DNA of 64,000 bases from a bacterium (GTDB lineage Bacteria > Bacteroidota > Bacteroidia > NS11-12g > UBA9320): contig JAAEYY010000006.1 in NCBI GenBank assembly GCA_018223105.1, positions 72,806-136,805 of the forward strand. The letters run 5' to 3'. Below are positions 49,959 to 60,637 of this stretch, in pieces (positions within the stretch are counted from its first letter, which is position 1; each line of letters begins with the position of its first letter). The notes beneath the pieces are model-generated. The model worked only from the letters and a program-made list of their open reading frames with translations, was not told the DNA's origin and ran no database searches. A program made the translations under genes and the position numbers.

Positions 49959-52900
49959 ATGCCAAGTTTTTCACATCTACACTGTCACAGTCAATTTAGT
50001 TTACTCGATGGAGCAGCTCGTATTGAGGATATGTTTCTCAAAGCTAAGAACGATAACATGCGCGCGGTTGCACTTACTGATCATGGCAACATGTTCGGCG
50101 TATATAAATTCGTAAATGAAGGTTTAAAGCAAAATGTTAAACCTATTGTAGGTTGTGAGTTTTATGTAGTTGAAGATCGACACAGAAAATCATTTATCGG
50201 CGATACGAAAGACCACAGGTATCATCAGTTGATTCTGGCTAAGAATCAGGAAGGCTACCAAAACTTGGCTAAACTTTGTTCGCTTGGATTTACGGAAGGG
50301 ATGTACTCTAAGTGGCCGCGAATTGACAAGGAATTACTCAGAAAATTCAGTAAAGGCTTAATCGCAACCTCTTGTTGTATTGGTGCGGAAATACCACAAG
50401 CTATTTTACATAAAGGCGAAGAGGAAGCGGAAAAACTAGTAAAAGAATACATCGAAATATTTGGCGATAATTATTATATCGAACTTCAAAGGCACGGTAT
50501 TGAGAATATTGATGGAACCGGAATGAGTCAGGAGGCGGTGAACCAGGTTCTGATAAAATTTGCCAATAAGTACGATCTAAAAGTTATTGCAACTAACGAT
50601 TCACATTACGTTGAAGAAGATGACTGGAATGCCCATGATATCCTTCTTTGCGTAAATACAGGCTCCAAGCAATCTGAACCTATCGGAGACGGGAAAGGAT
50701 TTCGTTTTGGGTTTCCTAATCATGAATTTTTCTTCAAAACTCAAGAGGAAATGGGGCGCATTTTTGCCGACATCCCGGAAGCCCTCGACAATACCAACAT
50801 TATTGTTGATTCCATAGAAACACCACAATTGTCGCGAGATGTTTTACTTCCTAACTATACCCTGCCGGCAGGGTTCACTACTCAGATTGAGTATTTGCGA
50901 TATTTAACCTTTGAGGGTGCAAGAAAGCGTTACGGAGCCATAACTGCAGAGATTGAAGAACGCCTAAACTTTGAATTAAAGGTTATTGAAGATTCGGGAT
51001 ATCCGGGCTACTTCTTAATTGTTCAAGATTTTACATCGGTTGCAAGAACCATGGGAGTTTGGGTTGGTCCCGGCCGTGGCTCTGCAGCAGGTTCTGTGGT
51101 AGCATATGCTTTGGGAATTACCAATGTGGATCCGATAGCATATAATCTACTTTTTGAGCGTTTTCTGAATCCGGAAAGGGTTTCTATGCCCGATATTGAT
51201 ATTGATTTTGATGATGATGGTCGACAAAAAGTAATTGACTACGTACTCGACAAATACGGCGAGCAACAAGTTGCTCAGATTGTTACCTATGGTTCAATGG
51301 CAGCGCGATCCTCACTTCGGGATGTTGGCCGTGTACTGGATGTACCTCTTCCGGTGGTAGATAAGGTTGCGAAAACCTTTCCAAATCATCTTAAAGCAAC
51401 ACTTCAAAAGGTACTTCACGCCGAAGGTGTGGAAGAAAAGCTAAAGTCTGATTTTAACTCAGAACAACTGCATAGTGCCGAAGAGTTTCGAGCCCTCGCA
51501 TCAAAAGAAGATGAAGTAGGACAGATGATTCGAACTGCGGCTAAACTTGAAGGCTCTGTTCGTAATACCGGAATCCACGCTTGTGGGGTTATTATTACTC
51601 CGGATGAAATCACGAATTATATCCCGGTTACAAAATCGAAAGATAGTGGGCTCTTGGTTACCCAGTTCGATAACTCAGTAGTTGAGAATGCAGGGTTGCT
51701 AAAAATGGATTTCTTGGGACTTAAAACCCTGAGTATTATAAAATCTGCTGTAGAACTAGTGAAGGAAAAGCACAATGTAGATATAGTGCCGGATGATATT
51801 CCATTAGATGATGCCAAAACACTTCAATTATTTGCCAAGGGTGAAACCAATGGAATCTTCCAGTTTGAATCACCCGGTATGCAGAAGAACTTAAAGGCAT
51901 TGGTTCCGGATAAGTTTGATGATCTAATCGCCATGAACGCTTTGTATCGTCCCGGACCAATGGAGTACATCAAAAACTTTATTGCTCGTAAACACGGAAG
52001 AGAAGAAATAAAATACGATCTGCCTGAAATGGAAGAGTATCTGGCAGAAACGTATGGAATTACAGTATATCAGGAGCAGGTGATGCTACTTTCTCAAAAA
52101 CTTGCCGGCTTCACCAAGGGGCAGGCAGATTCGTTGCGAAAAGCAATGGGTAAGAAGAAGAAGGAGGAGATGGACAAGCTTCTGGATATCTATTTGAGCC
52201 AAGGAAAAGATTTAGGTCACCCCGAGGATGTTCTTAAGAAAATCTGGAAAGATTGGGAAGCCTTTGCTTCATACGCCTTCAATAAATCACACTCTACCTG
52301 TTATGCATATCTCGCATTTCATACCGGATATCTCAAAGCTCACTATCCGGCAGAATTTATGGCATCAGTGCTAACGCACAACATGAACGACATTAAGAAG
52401 GTGAGTTTCTTTATGGATGAATGTAAGCGCCAGAATATTGATATACTCGGTCCTGATGTAAACGAAAGTGCCATCAAGTTCAGTGTTAATCACGAAGGCG
52501 CAATCCGTTTTGGCTTGGCGGCGATTAAAGGAGTAGGGGAGTCTGCAGCTGCAGAAATTTTGAGGGAAAGAACAGAGAACGGTACCTATAGCTCAATCTA
52601 CGATCTAACGCACAGACTAAACCAAAGAGCAGTTAATAAGAAGGCTTTGGAGAATCTAGCAATTGCAGGAGCATTTGACACATTTGGAATTAACAGATCT
52701 GCCTATATAGAAGAAGTTGACGGAAGCACAGGCCTAGAGAAAGCGATCAAATTTGGCGCTCGGGTGCAAGCCCAGGCCAATAGCGCTCAAGCATCGTTAT
52801 TTGGAGGATCGAGTGAGTCTGATTTAACAACGCCGGAATTACCTAAAATGGAACCCTGGAGTTTACTCGAACGGCTTCACAGAGAGAAAGAACTCATTGG

Positions 52901-53498
52901 AGTCTATATCAGCGGGCATCCACTCAATAAATTCAAATTCGAAATAGAATATATTGCTACTCATTCACTTCAAGAATTGGAGCAGCTCAATCTGCAATTA
53001 CTGGATAAGGAGATCCTAATTGCCGGACTCGTTACAAAGACCAGGGAAGCGGTTACAAAAACTGGAAAACCCTTTATTATTTTCACTATTGAGGATTTCT
53101 CAGGAAGCAGGGAGTTTGCACTATTCGGCGAGAAATGTGCATCTTTCAAAGGCTATATAGAACCTAATGCCCAAATCTATATCAAGGGAAAGGGAGAGAG
53201 GGCCTATAGAGATGAAAGTATGTTGGAGGTGAATGTTACTAACATCATGTTTTTGGAAGATTTAGTTGAAAATGAGTTGAAGTCGCTCACAATAAATCTC
53301 CCGGTTGAAAAAATAGATGAAGGTCTAATGATGGATCTATTTGATCTTTCAGACGAACGAGGTAAAATCCAATTACTGTTTCGAATTATGACCCGTGATA
53401 AGCTGATTTCTGCTGCATCAAGAAAGTATAAACTGCGCCTTGATGAGATGACAAAACAGAAATTACAAAGCCTCGATCTCAGCTTTAGGCTGAACTAA
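49959..53498 (+). CDS. dnaE: DNA polymerase III alpha subunit
   Basis: PHP motifs HLHCHS, TDHG, NDSHY; also GPGRGSAAGS, PDIDIDF, FNKSHS. True start is ATG 49959. Confidence 0.98.
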   Translation: MPSFSHLHCHSQFSLLDGAARIEDMFLKAKNDNMRAVALTDHGNMFGVYKFVNEGLKQNVKPIVGCEFYVVEDRHRKSFIGDTKDHRYHQLILAKNQEGYQNLAKLCSLGFTEGMYSKWPRIDKELLRKFSKGLIATSCCIGAEIPQAILHKGEEEAEKLVKEYIEIFGDNYYIELQRHGIENIDGTGMSQEAVNQVLIKFANKYDLKVIATNDSHYVEEDDWNAHDILLCVNTGSKQSEPIGDGKGFRFGFPNHEFFFKTQEEMGRIFADIPEALDNTNIIVDSIETPQLSRDVLLPNYTLPAGFTTQIEYLRYLTFEGARKRYGAITAEIEERLNFELKVIEDSGYPGYFLIVQDFTSVARTMGVWVGPGRGSAAGSVVAYALGITNVDPIAYNLLFERFLNPERVSMPDIDIDFDDDGRQKVIDYVLDKYGEQQVAQIVTYGSMAARSSLRDVGRVLDVPLPVVDKVAKTFPNHLKATLQKVLHAEGVEEKLKSDFNSEQLHSAEEFRALASKEDEVGQMIRTAAKLEGSVRNTGIHACGVIITPDEITNYIPVTKSKDSGLLVTQFDNSVVENAGLLKMDFLGLKTLSIIKSAVELVKEKHNVDIVPDDIPLDDAKTLQLFAKGETNGIFQFESPGMQKNLKALVPDKFDDLIAMNALYRPGPMEYIKNFIARKHGREEIKYDLPEMEEYLAETYGITVYQEQVMLLSQKLAGFTKGQADSLRKAMGKKKKEEMDKLLDIYLSQGKDLGHPEDVLKKIWKDWEAFASYAFNKSHSTCYAYLAFHTGYLKAHYPAEFMASVLTHNMNDIKKVSFFMDECKRQNIDILGPDVNESAIKFSVNHEGAIRFGLAAIKGVGESAAAEILRERTENGTYSSIYDLTHRLNQRAVNKKALENLAIAGAFDTFGINRSAYIEEVDGSTGLEKAIKFGARVQAQANSAQASLFGGSSESDLTTPELPKMEPWSLLERLHREKELIGVYISGHPLNKFKFEIEYIATHSLQELEQLNLQLLDKEILIAGLVTKTREAVTKTGKPFIIFTIEDFSGSREFALFGEKCASFKGYIEPNAQIYIKGKGERAYRDESMLEVNVTNIMFLEDLVENELKSLTINLPVEKIDEGLMMDLFDLSDERGKIQLLFRIMTRDKLISAASRKYKLRLDEMTKQKLQSLDLSFRLN

Positions 53499-53581
53499 AA
53501 AGACGCATTTTTCAGTTCTAAGCGCATTATAGTTCAAATAATTTATGTTATTTTTACAAAGAACTAATACGCTGTTATTTT

Positions 53582-54403
53582 ATGGATAAAGAAAAGGCTT
53601 TCAAAAAAATTCTCGTTGCCTTTGATAATTCTGAGTCGTCTCGGAAGGCAATGCAAAAGGCTTGTGACATAGCCGAAAAATTTAATTCAAGTATCACCGC
53701 ACTTTTTGTAACTACCGATGCCAACAAGCAATTTGAAGATGCTAAGACATTTTTAGAGCAATTTTCAACGGCTAAAGGAATTGAAGTTGAGATCGAAGAG
53801 ATGAAAGGGGGTAAGGTTTACGAGCAAGTAATTAAAATGGAAAAGTCGGGTGCTTTCCAGCTTATTCTCATTGGAGCTCATGGTAAAAGTGGGTTTATCC
53901 AATCCTGGATCGGAAGTAATGCATTTAGGGTTGTAAGCTCGTCAAATTGTCCTGTTATTACAATTCAGGAGCATACAAGTGAAAGTACCTTTAAAAACAT
54001 TGTAGTGCCTTTGGCTGATTCTAATACTACGCGGCAAAAAGTGCCTTATGCTGCAGTTTTAGCTCAAGCATTAGGAGCAACTTTGCACATTTTTGGCGTA
54101 AGTAAATCCGACAGTAATGATGCAGTTAACCATGTTACCGCATATGTTAGACAAACGGAGCGTTACTTTATGGAGCGAAACATAAAGTATACCGTAGATT
54201 CTGCTTTTGGAGTGAAAGTACCGGAAGCATGCATTGAACATGCAAAGAAAGTGGATGCAGGTTTGTTGCTGATTATGACAGAAACTGAAAGTGCCGGTGT
54301 GTTTATGGACAGCTATTCACAACAACTAGTGAATACTAGCCCTATACCGGTTATGTCTATTCACTCTAGAGATACTATGCTCACAGGAGCAGCAGGATAT
54401 TAA
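53582..54403 (+). CDS. Tandem-domain universal stress protein
   Basis: KKILVAFDNS, IGAHG...IGSNAFRVV....CPVITI, and a second degenerate Usp domain. Confidence 0.9.
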   Translation: MDKEKAFKKILVAFDNSESSRKAMQKACDIAEKFNSSITALFVTTDANKQFEDAKTFLEQFSTAKGIEVEIEEMKGGKVYEQVIKMEKSGAFQLILIGAHGKSGFIQSWIGSNAFRVVSSSNCPVITIQEHTSESTFKNIVVPLADSNTTRQKVPYAAVLAQALGATLHIFGVSKSDSNDAVNHVTAYVRQTERYFMERNIKYTVDSAFGVKVPEACIEHAKKVDAGLLLIMTETESAGVFMDSYSQQLVNTSPIPVMSIHSRDTMLTGAAGY

Positions 54404-55174
54404 TTATAATCCTTTATTCCGGATAATTACTCCGGCAGCAGGTTGCGCTTTTGGCATAATGATGAGCTCATTGATGTTAACATGTGCAGGTCTGCTAATG
54501 ATGTACCAGATCGCGTCGGCAATGTCTTCAGCAACCAGATTTTCAAAACCTTCATAGACTTTGCCGGCTCGTTCCTCATCACCATCCATCCTTACAATAC
54601 TAAATTCTGTTTCAACTGCTCCCGGATTTACACTGCTAACTTTAATGTTAAATTCCGCTAGCTCTCTGCGCATAGATTTATTCAGGGCATCAACCATATG
54701 TTTTGTGCCGCAATAAACATTTCCATTGGGGTAAACCTCTTTGCCTGCTATTGAACCGACGTTCACAATATGTGGATTTGCGGTTTTCTTCATCAGAGGA
54801 ATTAAGGTCTTGCTCATGTATAACAGACCTTTGATATTGGTGTCTATCATTCGGTTCCAATGATCAATATCTCCATTCTCAATATTGTCTAAACCTGCAG
54901 CTAGCCCAGCATTATTTACCAGAACCTCAATATTCTTCCATTCATCAGGTAAAGCCAAAACAGATGCTTTCACTTCTTCGTAATCTCTAATGTCTATTGG
55001 CATAATTACACTTGCGGTGCCATACTCAGATGCTAGTATCGTTGCCAATTCCTCCAGGCGATCTCTTCTTCTGCCGTTTAAAATTAGATTAAAACCTTGT
55101 TGTGCGAGTAATTCAGCAGTTGCTTTACCTATGCCGGCAGTAGCGCCGGTAATTAATGCGATTTTCTTAGCCAT
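54404..55174 (-). CDS. SDR oxidoreductase (YdfG-like)
   Basis: TGATAGIG, NNAGLA.G, YCGTK, PGAVETEFS, RPAHVNI. True start is ATG 55174. Confidence 0.92.
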   Translation of the reverse strand: MAKKIALITGATAGIGKATAELLAQQGFNLILNGRRRDRLEELATILASEYGTASVIMPIDIRDYEEVKASVLALPDEWKNIEVLVNNAGLAAGLDNIENGDIDHWNRMIDTNIKGLLYMSKTLIPLMKKTANPHIVNVGSIAGKEVYPNGNVYCGTKHMVDALNKSMRRELAEFNIKVSSVNPGAVETEFSIVRMDGDEERAGKVYEGFENLVAEDIADAIWYIISRPAHVNINELIIMPKAQPAAGVIIRNKGL

Positions 55175-55730
55175 GCGGCGAAGATATGAAATATGGTCTA
55201 TTGGGATTTTTTCGATAAAATATCTCTTGATCAATTCGGTAATACAATGAATCCGGAATTCCTTCACAGATATCCTCTTTCCAAAATTCCATACCGCATT
55301 TTTCAATCACCTTAACTGAAGCAATATTGTGTTTTGATGTTCTTCCTAGGACTTCACCTAATTCAAGCACAGAAAAACCATAATCTAAACAGGCTAGTGC
55401 AGCTTCAGATGCATACCCCTGATTCCAGTATTTACGGTGGTATCTATAACCTAAATCTATGCTCTGATCTGAATGTCTCTTAAATCCGCAAAAACCCAAG
55501 GTTTCTTGTGAAGAAAGAGAATCTACCATAAACCTACCCAAACCTTTATTTCGATATAATTTCACATAAGAACGAATAAATTCTCGGGCCTCCTCTTGAG
55601 AAGAAAAAGGAAAATCACCGGTGTATCTTAATACTTCAGGGTCCTGATTTAACATGTAGAATCCTTCTGCATCTTTGTTTGGGTCCATATATCGAAACCC
55701 CATCCTCGAACTTTTAAAAATGTAGCACAC
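55167..55730 (-). CDS. GNAT N-acetyltransferase (RimJ/RimL-like)
   Basis: DPEVLRYTG, DLGYR....WNQGYASE, NIASVKVIEKCGM. Start uncertain; GTG 55730 used. Confidence 0.87.
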   Translation of the reverse strand: MCYIFKSSRMGFRYMDPNKDAEGFYMLNQDPEVLRYTGDFPFSSQEEAREFIRSYVKLYRNKGLGRFMVDSLSSQETLGFCGFKRHSDQSIDLGYRYHRKYWNQGYASEAALACLDYGFSVLELGEVLGRTSKHNIASVKVIEKCGMEFWKEDICEGIPDSLYYRIDQEIFYRKNPNRPYFISSPHG

Positions 55731-55793
55731 TATTAAGATTGATATCAAATTTACAATCCTGCAATGATCAAGCTAGAATTTTCTTAAACTTGT

Positions 55794-56150
55794 ATGATGA
55801 CAGCATTGAAAAAGCTAGAGAATCACTTTGAATTAAGTATGGATGTGAGTACTCTAAATGCTTTAGACAAATCCGATGCAGAAAAACTTATAGATTCTTG
55901 CAAGGATTTACCTTTTCTTTTGATTTCCATAAATAACCCGGATCAGTATTTATCTATAAATGTTGAAGTATTAAATCATTTAAATGATTTGATTGTTGAA
56001 TTCAATGGAGCTTTGGTTGTTGTTCTAGATAAGGAAGATACCAAAGAGATAGACTGGAATATAAATATTGTACCTTCCTATGATGAAGGTGTAGATTTTA
56101 TTTATATGGAAAAGCTAGAAAAGGAATTACTCGACGGATTTGGAGAATAG
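55794..56150 (+). CDS. Hypothetical protein (degenerate STAS-like) upstream of rnz
   Basis: C-terminus IVPSYDEGVDFIYMEKLEKEL resembles the small protein that precedes rnz in Bacteroidota. Start may be ATG 55797. Confidence 0.65.
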   Translation: MMTALKKLENHFELSMDVSTLNALDKSDAEKLIDSCKDLPFLLISINNPDQYLSINVEVLNHLNDLIVEFNGALVVVLDKEDTKEIDWNINIVPSYDEGVDFIYMEKLEKELLDGFGE

Positions 56151-57048
56151 AAGTTTACATATCTTAGGCAGCAGTGCTGCAGTGCCTACAAAAGACCGAT
56201 GGCATACAGCTCAGGTTTTAGAGATGGGTCAGTATAAATTTTTGTTGGACTGTGGTGAAGGGACACAATATCAGCTCATTCGCTACGGTGTTAAATACAA
56301 TAAAATTCAAGCCATATTCATCTCTCATCTTCACGGAGATCATTTTCTCGGTATTTTTGGTCTTCTCAATTCGATGTCCTTAGGAGGCCGTAACAAGCCT
56401 TTAACAGTTTATGGTCCAGAAGGCTTGCAAGCGCTTGTAGAAAATCATTTAGAGACTACAGGATCCAAACCTGAATATGAATTAAACTGGGTTACTCTTA
56501 AAGATCAACCTGAAATGTTGATTGACGAAAAAGACTTAGAGGTTTGGTCTCACCCGGTGCAACATCGAGTGCCATGTTTTGCTTTTAAATTTATTCACGG
56601 TAATAAACAGAGAAACCTAAATGTAGAAGCTTGCCTTGAGCATGAAATACCGGTGGATTGGTATCCAAAGATTAAAGAAGGTGAAGATTATGTGAAAGGG
56701 GATGTGAGGATAAGAAACGAGGAATTAAGCTATGATCCTAAACCCGGCGTCTCTTACACATTTGTTACAGACACTCTGTACTCCGAAGCATTAATTCCAT
56801 TTGCTTATGAATCAACCTGGATGTATCACGAATCCACTTTTTTACACGAGGAAGTTGAAAGAGCACATGCAACGTTCCATAGCACTGCACAAGAGGCCGG
56901 AATGTTTGGAGCATTAGCTAAAGTGAAGCATCTTATTCTCGGGCATTTCTCATCCAGATACCTTTATTTGGAAGATCATAAGAAGGAAGCAGAACAATTT
57001 ATGAAACCTGTTTTTCTTGGACTCGATGGTCAAAAATTCAACTTATAG
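56140..57048 (+). CDS. rnz: Ribonuclease Z
   Basis: DCGEGTQ, SHLHGDH, HESTF, FHSTA, GHFSSRY. Confidence 0.95.
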   Translation: MENRSLHILGSSAAVPTKDRWHTAQVLEMGQYKFLLDCGEGTQYQLIRYGVKYNKIQAIFISHLHGDHFLGIFGLLNSMSLGGRNKPLTVYGPEGLQALVENHLETTGSKPEYELNWVTLKDQPEMLIDEKDLEVWSHPVQHRVPCFAFKFIHGNKQRNLNVEACLEHEIPVDWYPKIKEGEDYVKGDVRIRNEELSYDPKPGVSYTFVTDTLYSEALIPFAYESTWMYHESTFLHEEVERAHATFHSTAQEAGMFGALAKVKHLILGHFSSRYLYLEDHKKEAEQFMKPVFLGLDGQKFNL

Positions 57049-57120
57049 TACACTTCTTTCCAATTGTAGATAAACCCCTGTAAAATCAGAAGGTGCAGAT
57101 TTAAATTTGAGCACTTTAGG

Positions 57121-59496
57121 ATGGGTTTGTTCAGCAAGAAGACAAAGAAGAAAAAAACAGCCAAGAAAAAGGCAGCTAACACCGAGTTTAGGGATAAGAT
57201 AGTAGGGAGTGCAATTCTGCTTTTTACTGTTTTTATTTTCCTGGCATCAATTAGCTATATGTTTTCATGGAAGGCAGATCAAAGTGTGTTGAATGCCAGA
57301 TTGAATGAATTCTTGTTTGACTTTCAAGGGACAGAAACCCAAAACTTTATGGGGAAAATTGGGGCTTGGCTTGCACATCTCATGATCTACAATGGATTTG
57401 GCCTTGGCGCATTTTTACTCTATCCAATACTTTTCCTTTTTGGAATCAATGTATATTTCAAGCAGCAGTACGGTTTAAAAATAAAAACGGTTAGCAAGTA
57501 TCTCATTTCCGCGATATGGCTTTCCATGGCTTGCGCAGTTCTGTCGTTTGGCAAAGTTCCGATTCTCTCAGGCTTAATGGGCTATGGTATTTTCATGTTT
57601 TCAAAATCTTTGATTGGCTTGATTGGGGTCATTATGGTTTTGGCATTGGTTACCATTCTATTTGCCTATGTGGCTTTTGGTGTAGATTTGCTTAAAGCAT
57701 TTAAGTCTAAACCAAAACCGGATAAAGTGACAAGTGCACATGGAGAGGTTGACGATGACAATGACTATGTAGTTCCGCCGGAAGAGACATTATTTGAGAA
57801 GGATCAAATTGAAGTGGTGGAAGATGAATCTGATGCTGAACCTGAATCCGCGGGAATAGATTTGAGTACGGATGTTCCCCTTGCCGAAGATGAACCTGAA
57901 GACAATCTGGAACTTCAGATTGAGGAGCAAAAAGAAGAAGAGGAGGAGGATGATCCGTCTCCCGAGAAAGAGCATTACGGCATAGATCAACAGTACGACC
58001 CTACCTTAGATCTCAGGGACTATAAATTTCCTAAACTTGAGTTTCTAAATGATTACGGTAGTTCCAATAAGACGGAAGTAACTAAAGACGATCTGGAGAA
58101 AAGCAAGAACATGATTGTTCAAACGCTTGAGAATTACAAAATAGCGATTTCACAGATTAAAGCTACCATTGGTCCAACCGTTACACTTTTTGAAATTGTG
58201 CCTGAAAAGGGCGTGCGTATTTCGAAGATTAAAAACCTGGAAGATGATATTGCCTTGAGCTTAGCCGCATTGGGTATTCGAATTATTGCACCAATCCCCG
58301 GTAAGGGGACTATCGGTATTGAGGTGCCGAATAAGAAACCGGAGATTGTGAGTATGCATTCGATGATTGCGAGTTCTAAGTACAACAATACTAAAATGGA
58401 GCTTCCGGTCTGCCTTGGTAAAACCATTGCCAACGAAGTATACCTGGCAGATCTTACAAAGATGCCTCACTTACTTATGGCAGGTGCAACAGGTCAGGGT
58501 AAATCGGTAGGCTTAAACGCAATTATCGTTTCTCTCCTCTACAAGAAACATCCCGCCGAATTGAAATTTGTAATGGTGGATCCAAAGAAAGTGGAGTTAA
58601 CGCTATTCAATAATATTGAACGTCATTATTTGGCGAAACTCCCCGGAGAAGCGGATGCGATTATTACGGATAATAAGCAGGTTATAACTACGCTTAACTC
58701 TTTGTGTGTGGAGATGGATCAGAGATACGAGCTTTTACAAAACGCCTTAGTGAGAAACATTAAGGAGTACAATGTGAAGTTCATGAATCGAAAACTTAAT
58801 CCGGAAGACGGACATCGTTTCTTGCCATATATAGTAGTAGTAATTGACGAGGTGGCGGATTTGATTATGACAGCGGGAAAAGAAGTGGAACATCCAATAG
58901 CTAGATTGGCACAACTTGCACGAGCCATCGGTATTCACTTAATCCTGGCAACTCAAAGACCATCTGTGAACATCATAACCGGTACAATCAAGGCGAACTT
59001 CCCGGCGAGAGTTGCTTTCAGGGTTTCATCTAAAATAGATTCAAGAACTATTTTGGATACCAATGGCGCTGATCAATTGATTGGTAAAGGAGATATGCTT
59101 TACTCAACCGGTTCTGAGATTGTACGCTTACAGTGTCCTTTTGTAGACACACCCGAAGTATCGGAAATTACAGACTTCATAGGTGCTCAAAGAGGATATC
59201 CGGATGCATTTATTCTCCCTGAAGTGAGAGATGAAGAAGGTGGAGAGTCCGAAGGCTTTGATCCTTCAGACCGCGATGCACTCTTCGAAGATGCCGCTAG
59301 AATTGTAGTTCAAAACCAGCAGGGTAGTACTTCTTTACTTCAAAGACGACTCAAAGTAGGATATAATCGGGCAGGTCGCTTGATTGATCAGTTAGAAGCA
59401 GCTAATATTGTAGGTCCGTTCGAAGGCAGCAAAGCGAGAAGTGTTTTATTACCCGACGAATATGCCTTGGAACAGTTTTTGTCTACTTTAAACTAG
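57121..59496 (+). CDS. ftsK: DNA translocase FtsK
   Basis: N-terminal TM domain, acidic linker, PHLLMAGATGQGKS, ATQRPS, and gamma domain LQRRLKVGYNRAGR. Confidence 0.98.
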   Translation: MGLFSKKTKKKKTAKKKAANTEFRDKIVGSAILLFTVFIFLASISYMFSWKADQSVLNARLNEFLFDFQGTETQNFMGKIGAWLAHLMIYNGFGLGAFLLYPILFLFGINVYFKQQYGLKIKTVSKYLISAIWLSMACAVLSFGKVPILSGLMGYGIFMFSKSLIGLIGVIMVLALVTILFAYVAFGVDLLKAFKSKPKPDKVTSAHGEVDDDNDYVVPPEETLFEKDQIEVVEDESDAEPESAGIDLSTDVPLAEDEPEDNLELQIEEQKEEEEEDDPSPEKEHYGIDQQYDPTLDLRDYKFPKLEFLNDYGSSNKTEVTKDDLEKSKNMIVQTLENYKIAISQIKATIGPTVTLFEIVPEKGVRISKIKNLEDDIALSLAALGIRIIAPIPGKGTIGIEVPNKKPEIVSMHSMIASSKYNNTKMELPVCLGKTIANEVYLADLTKMPHLLMAGATGQGKSVGLNAIIVSLLYKKHPAELKFVMVDPKKVELTLFNNIERHYLAKLPGEADAIITDNKQVITTLNSLCVEMDQRYELLQNALVRNIKEYNVKFMNRKLNPEDGHRFLPYIVVVIDEVADLIMTAGKEVEHPIARLAQLARAIGIHLILATQRPSVNIITGTIKANFPARVAFRVSSKIDSRTILDTNGADQLIGKGDMLYSTGSEIVRLQCPFVDTPEVSEITDFIGAQRGYPDAFILPEVRDEEGGESEGFDPSDRDALFEDAARIVVQNQQGSTSLLQRRLKVGYNRAGRLIDQLEAANIVGPFEGSKARSVLLPDEYALEQFLSTLN

Positions 59497-59499
59497 ATC

Positions 59500-60165
59500 A
59501 TGAAAAAACTGAAACTTACAATGTTTGCACTGGGAATTTTGGCAATGATAGCTGTATTACCTTTACAGTCTATTTCCGAGTCTCAGGATAGCAGAAGTAC
59601 TGAAATACTCAATAAAGTAAGTCGTACCTACAAAAACTACAAGTCGATAAAAGCAGGCTTTACGATTGAAGTAAATAACAAAGCATCACAATCTTCGGTA
59701 AAGCAATCCGGAACACTTTACGTGAAAGGAAAGAAATTTCGTGTAAATATGTCAGGTCAGGAAATATACTGCGATGGCAAAACTATTTGGACCTATCTCA
59801 AAGATGCCAATGAGGTTCAGATTACGAAATACGACGAAAAGACCATGGAGATTAACCCTTCAGAAATCTTCACTATCTACCAGAAAGGGTTTTTACATAA
59901 ATACGCCGGACAGAAAACTGTAAATTCTAAAAACTGCGATGTAATCGAACTCACACCTGAAGACAAATCTAAACCTTATTTTAAGGTTAAGCTGGCTGTG
60001 GATGGTGTCGCTAATAAAGTAGAAGAGATGGAGATTTACAGCAAGAATGGAGTTACTACAAAGTATAAGATTACTTCATTCAGAGGAAATGTAGATATCA
60101 ACGATAATTTCTTCAAGTTCGATCCTAAACTGAAGCCTGGAGTTATTGAAATAGATCTTAGATAG
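59500..60165 (+). CDS. lolA: Outer membrane lipoprotein carrier LolA family protein
   Basis: GTLYVKGKKF, CDGKTIWTY...NEVQI. Conserved position after ftsK. Confidence 0.88.
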   Translation: MKKLKLTMFALGILAMIAVLPLQSISESQDSRSTEILNKVSRTYKNYKSIKAGFTIEVNNKASQSSVKQSGTLYVKGKKFRVNMSGQEIYCDGKTIWTYLKDANEVQITKYDEKTMEINPSEIFTIYQKGFLHKYAGQKTVNSKNCDVIELTPEDKSKPYFKVKLAVDGVANKVEEMEIYSKNGVTTKYKITSFRGNVDINDNFFKFDPKLKPGVIEIDLR

Positions 60166-60166
60166 T

Positions 60167-60637
60167 ATGCTGAGATTCTCTTTTTATTTACTTACAACTC
60201 TCATCTTCCTAGCTTGCGGTAATTCGAACCAAATTTCTCGAAGAGCGATGAAGCATGTTTATATGGAGGTTCAAACCTATCCGTGCTTTGGAGCTTGTCC
60301 TATTTATAAAATACAAGTGTTGCCCGGAGGCGAAATGTTGAAAGAAGCCATTCGCTTTAATAAAGATAGTGGTTCTTTCAAAGGGCAACTCAGTGAAGAA
60401 GCTCACCGCGAACTAGCTACAATGTATCACAATGCAAAATGGACTGAGTATGAAGGTTCTTATAAATCCGGATATACCGACTTAGCATTAACCACATTGC
60501 GATACTCTGAGGAGCCTGGAGATACTTTTAAAGTAACATTTGAATTAGAGGCTGCTCCAAGCGAATTAAAAGATATTGCTTTACACATGGACAGTCTTAG
60601 AAGACGAGCTGAGTGGAAAAGCACTATGAATTATTAA
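60167..60637 (+). CDS. Hypothetical lipoprotein (DUF6438-like)
   Basis: Lipobox FLAC, PCFGACPIY, and TDL motif. Confidence 0.7.
   Translation: MLRFSFYLLTTLIFLACGNSNQISRRAMKHVYMEVQTYPCFGACPIYKIQVLPGGEMLKEAIRFNKDSGSFKGQLSEEAHRELATMYHNAKWTEYEGSYKSGYTDLALTTLRYSEEPGDTFKVTFELEAAPSELKDIALHMDSLRRRAEWKSTMNY

Noticed and set aside
49959-53498. Intein or split in dnaE
   Set aside because: Length and motifs are continuous, and I see no intein splice-junction or endonuclease motifs.
53531-53558. dif-like site (AGTTCAAATAA TTTATG TTATTTTTACA) a few kb from ftsK
   Set aside because: The XerD-like arm matches TTATGTTAAAT at only 7-8 of 11 positions in AT-rich DNA, and it overlaps the likely usp promoter.
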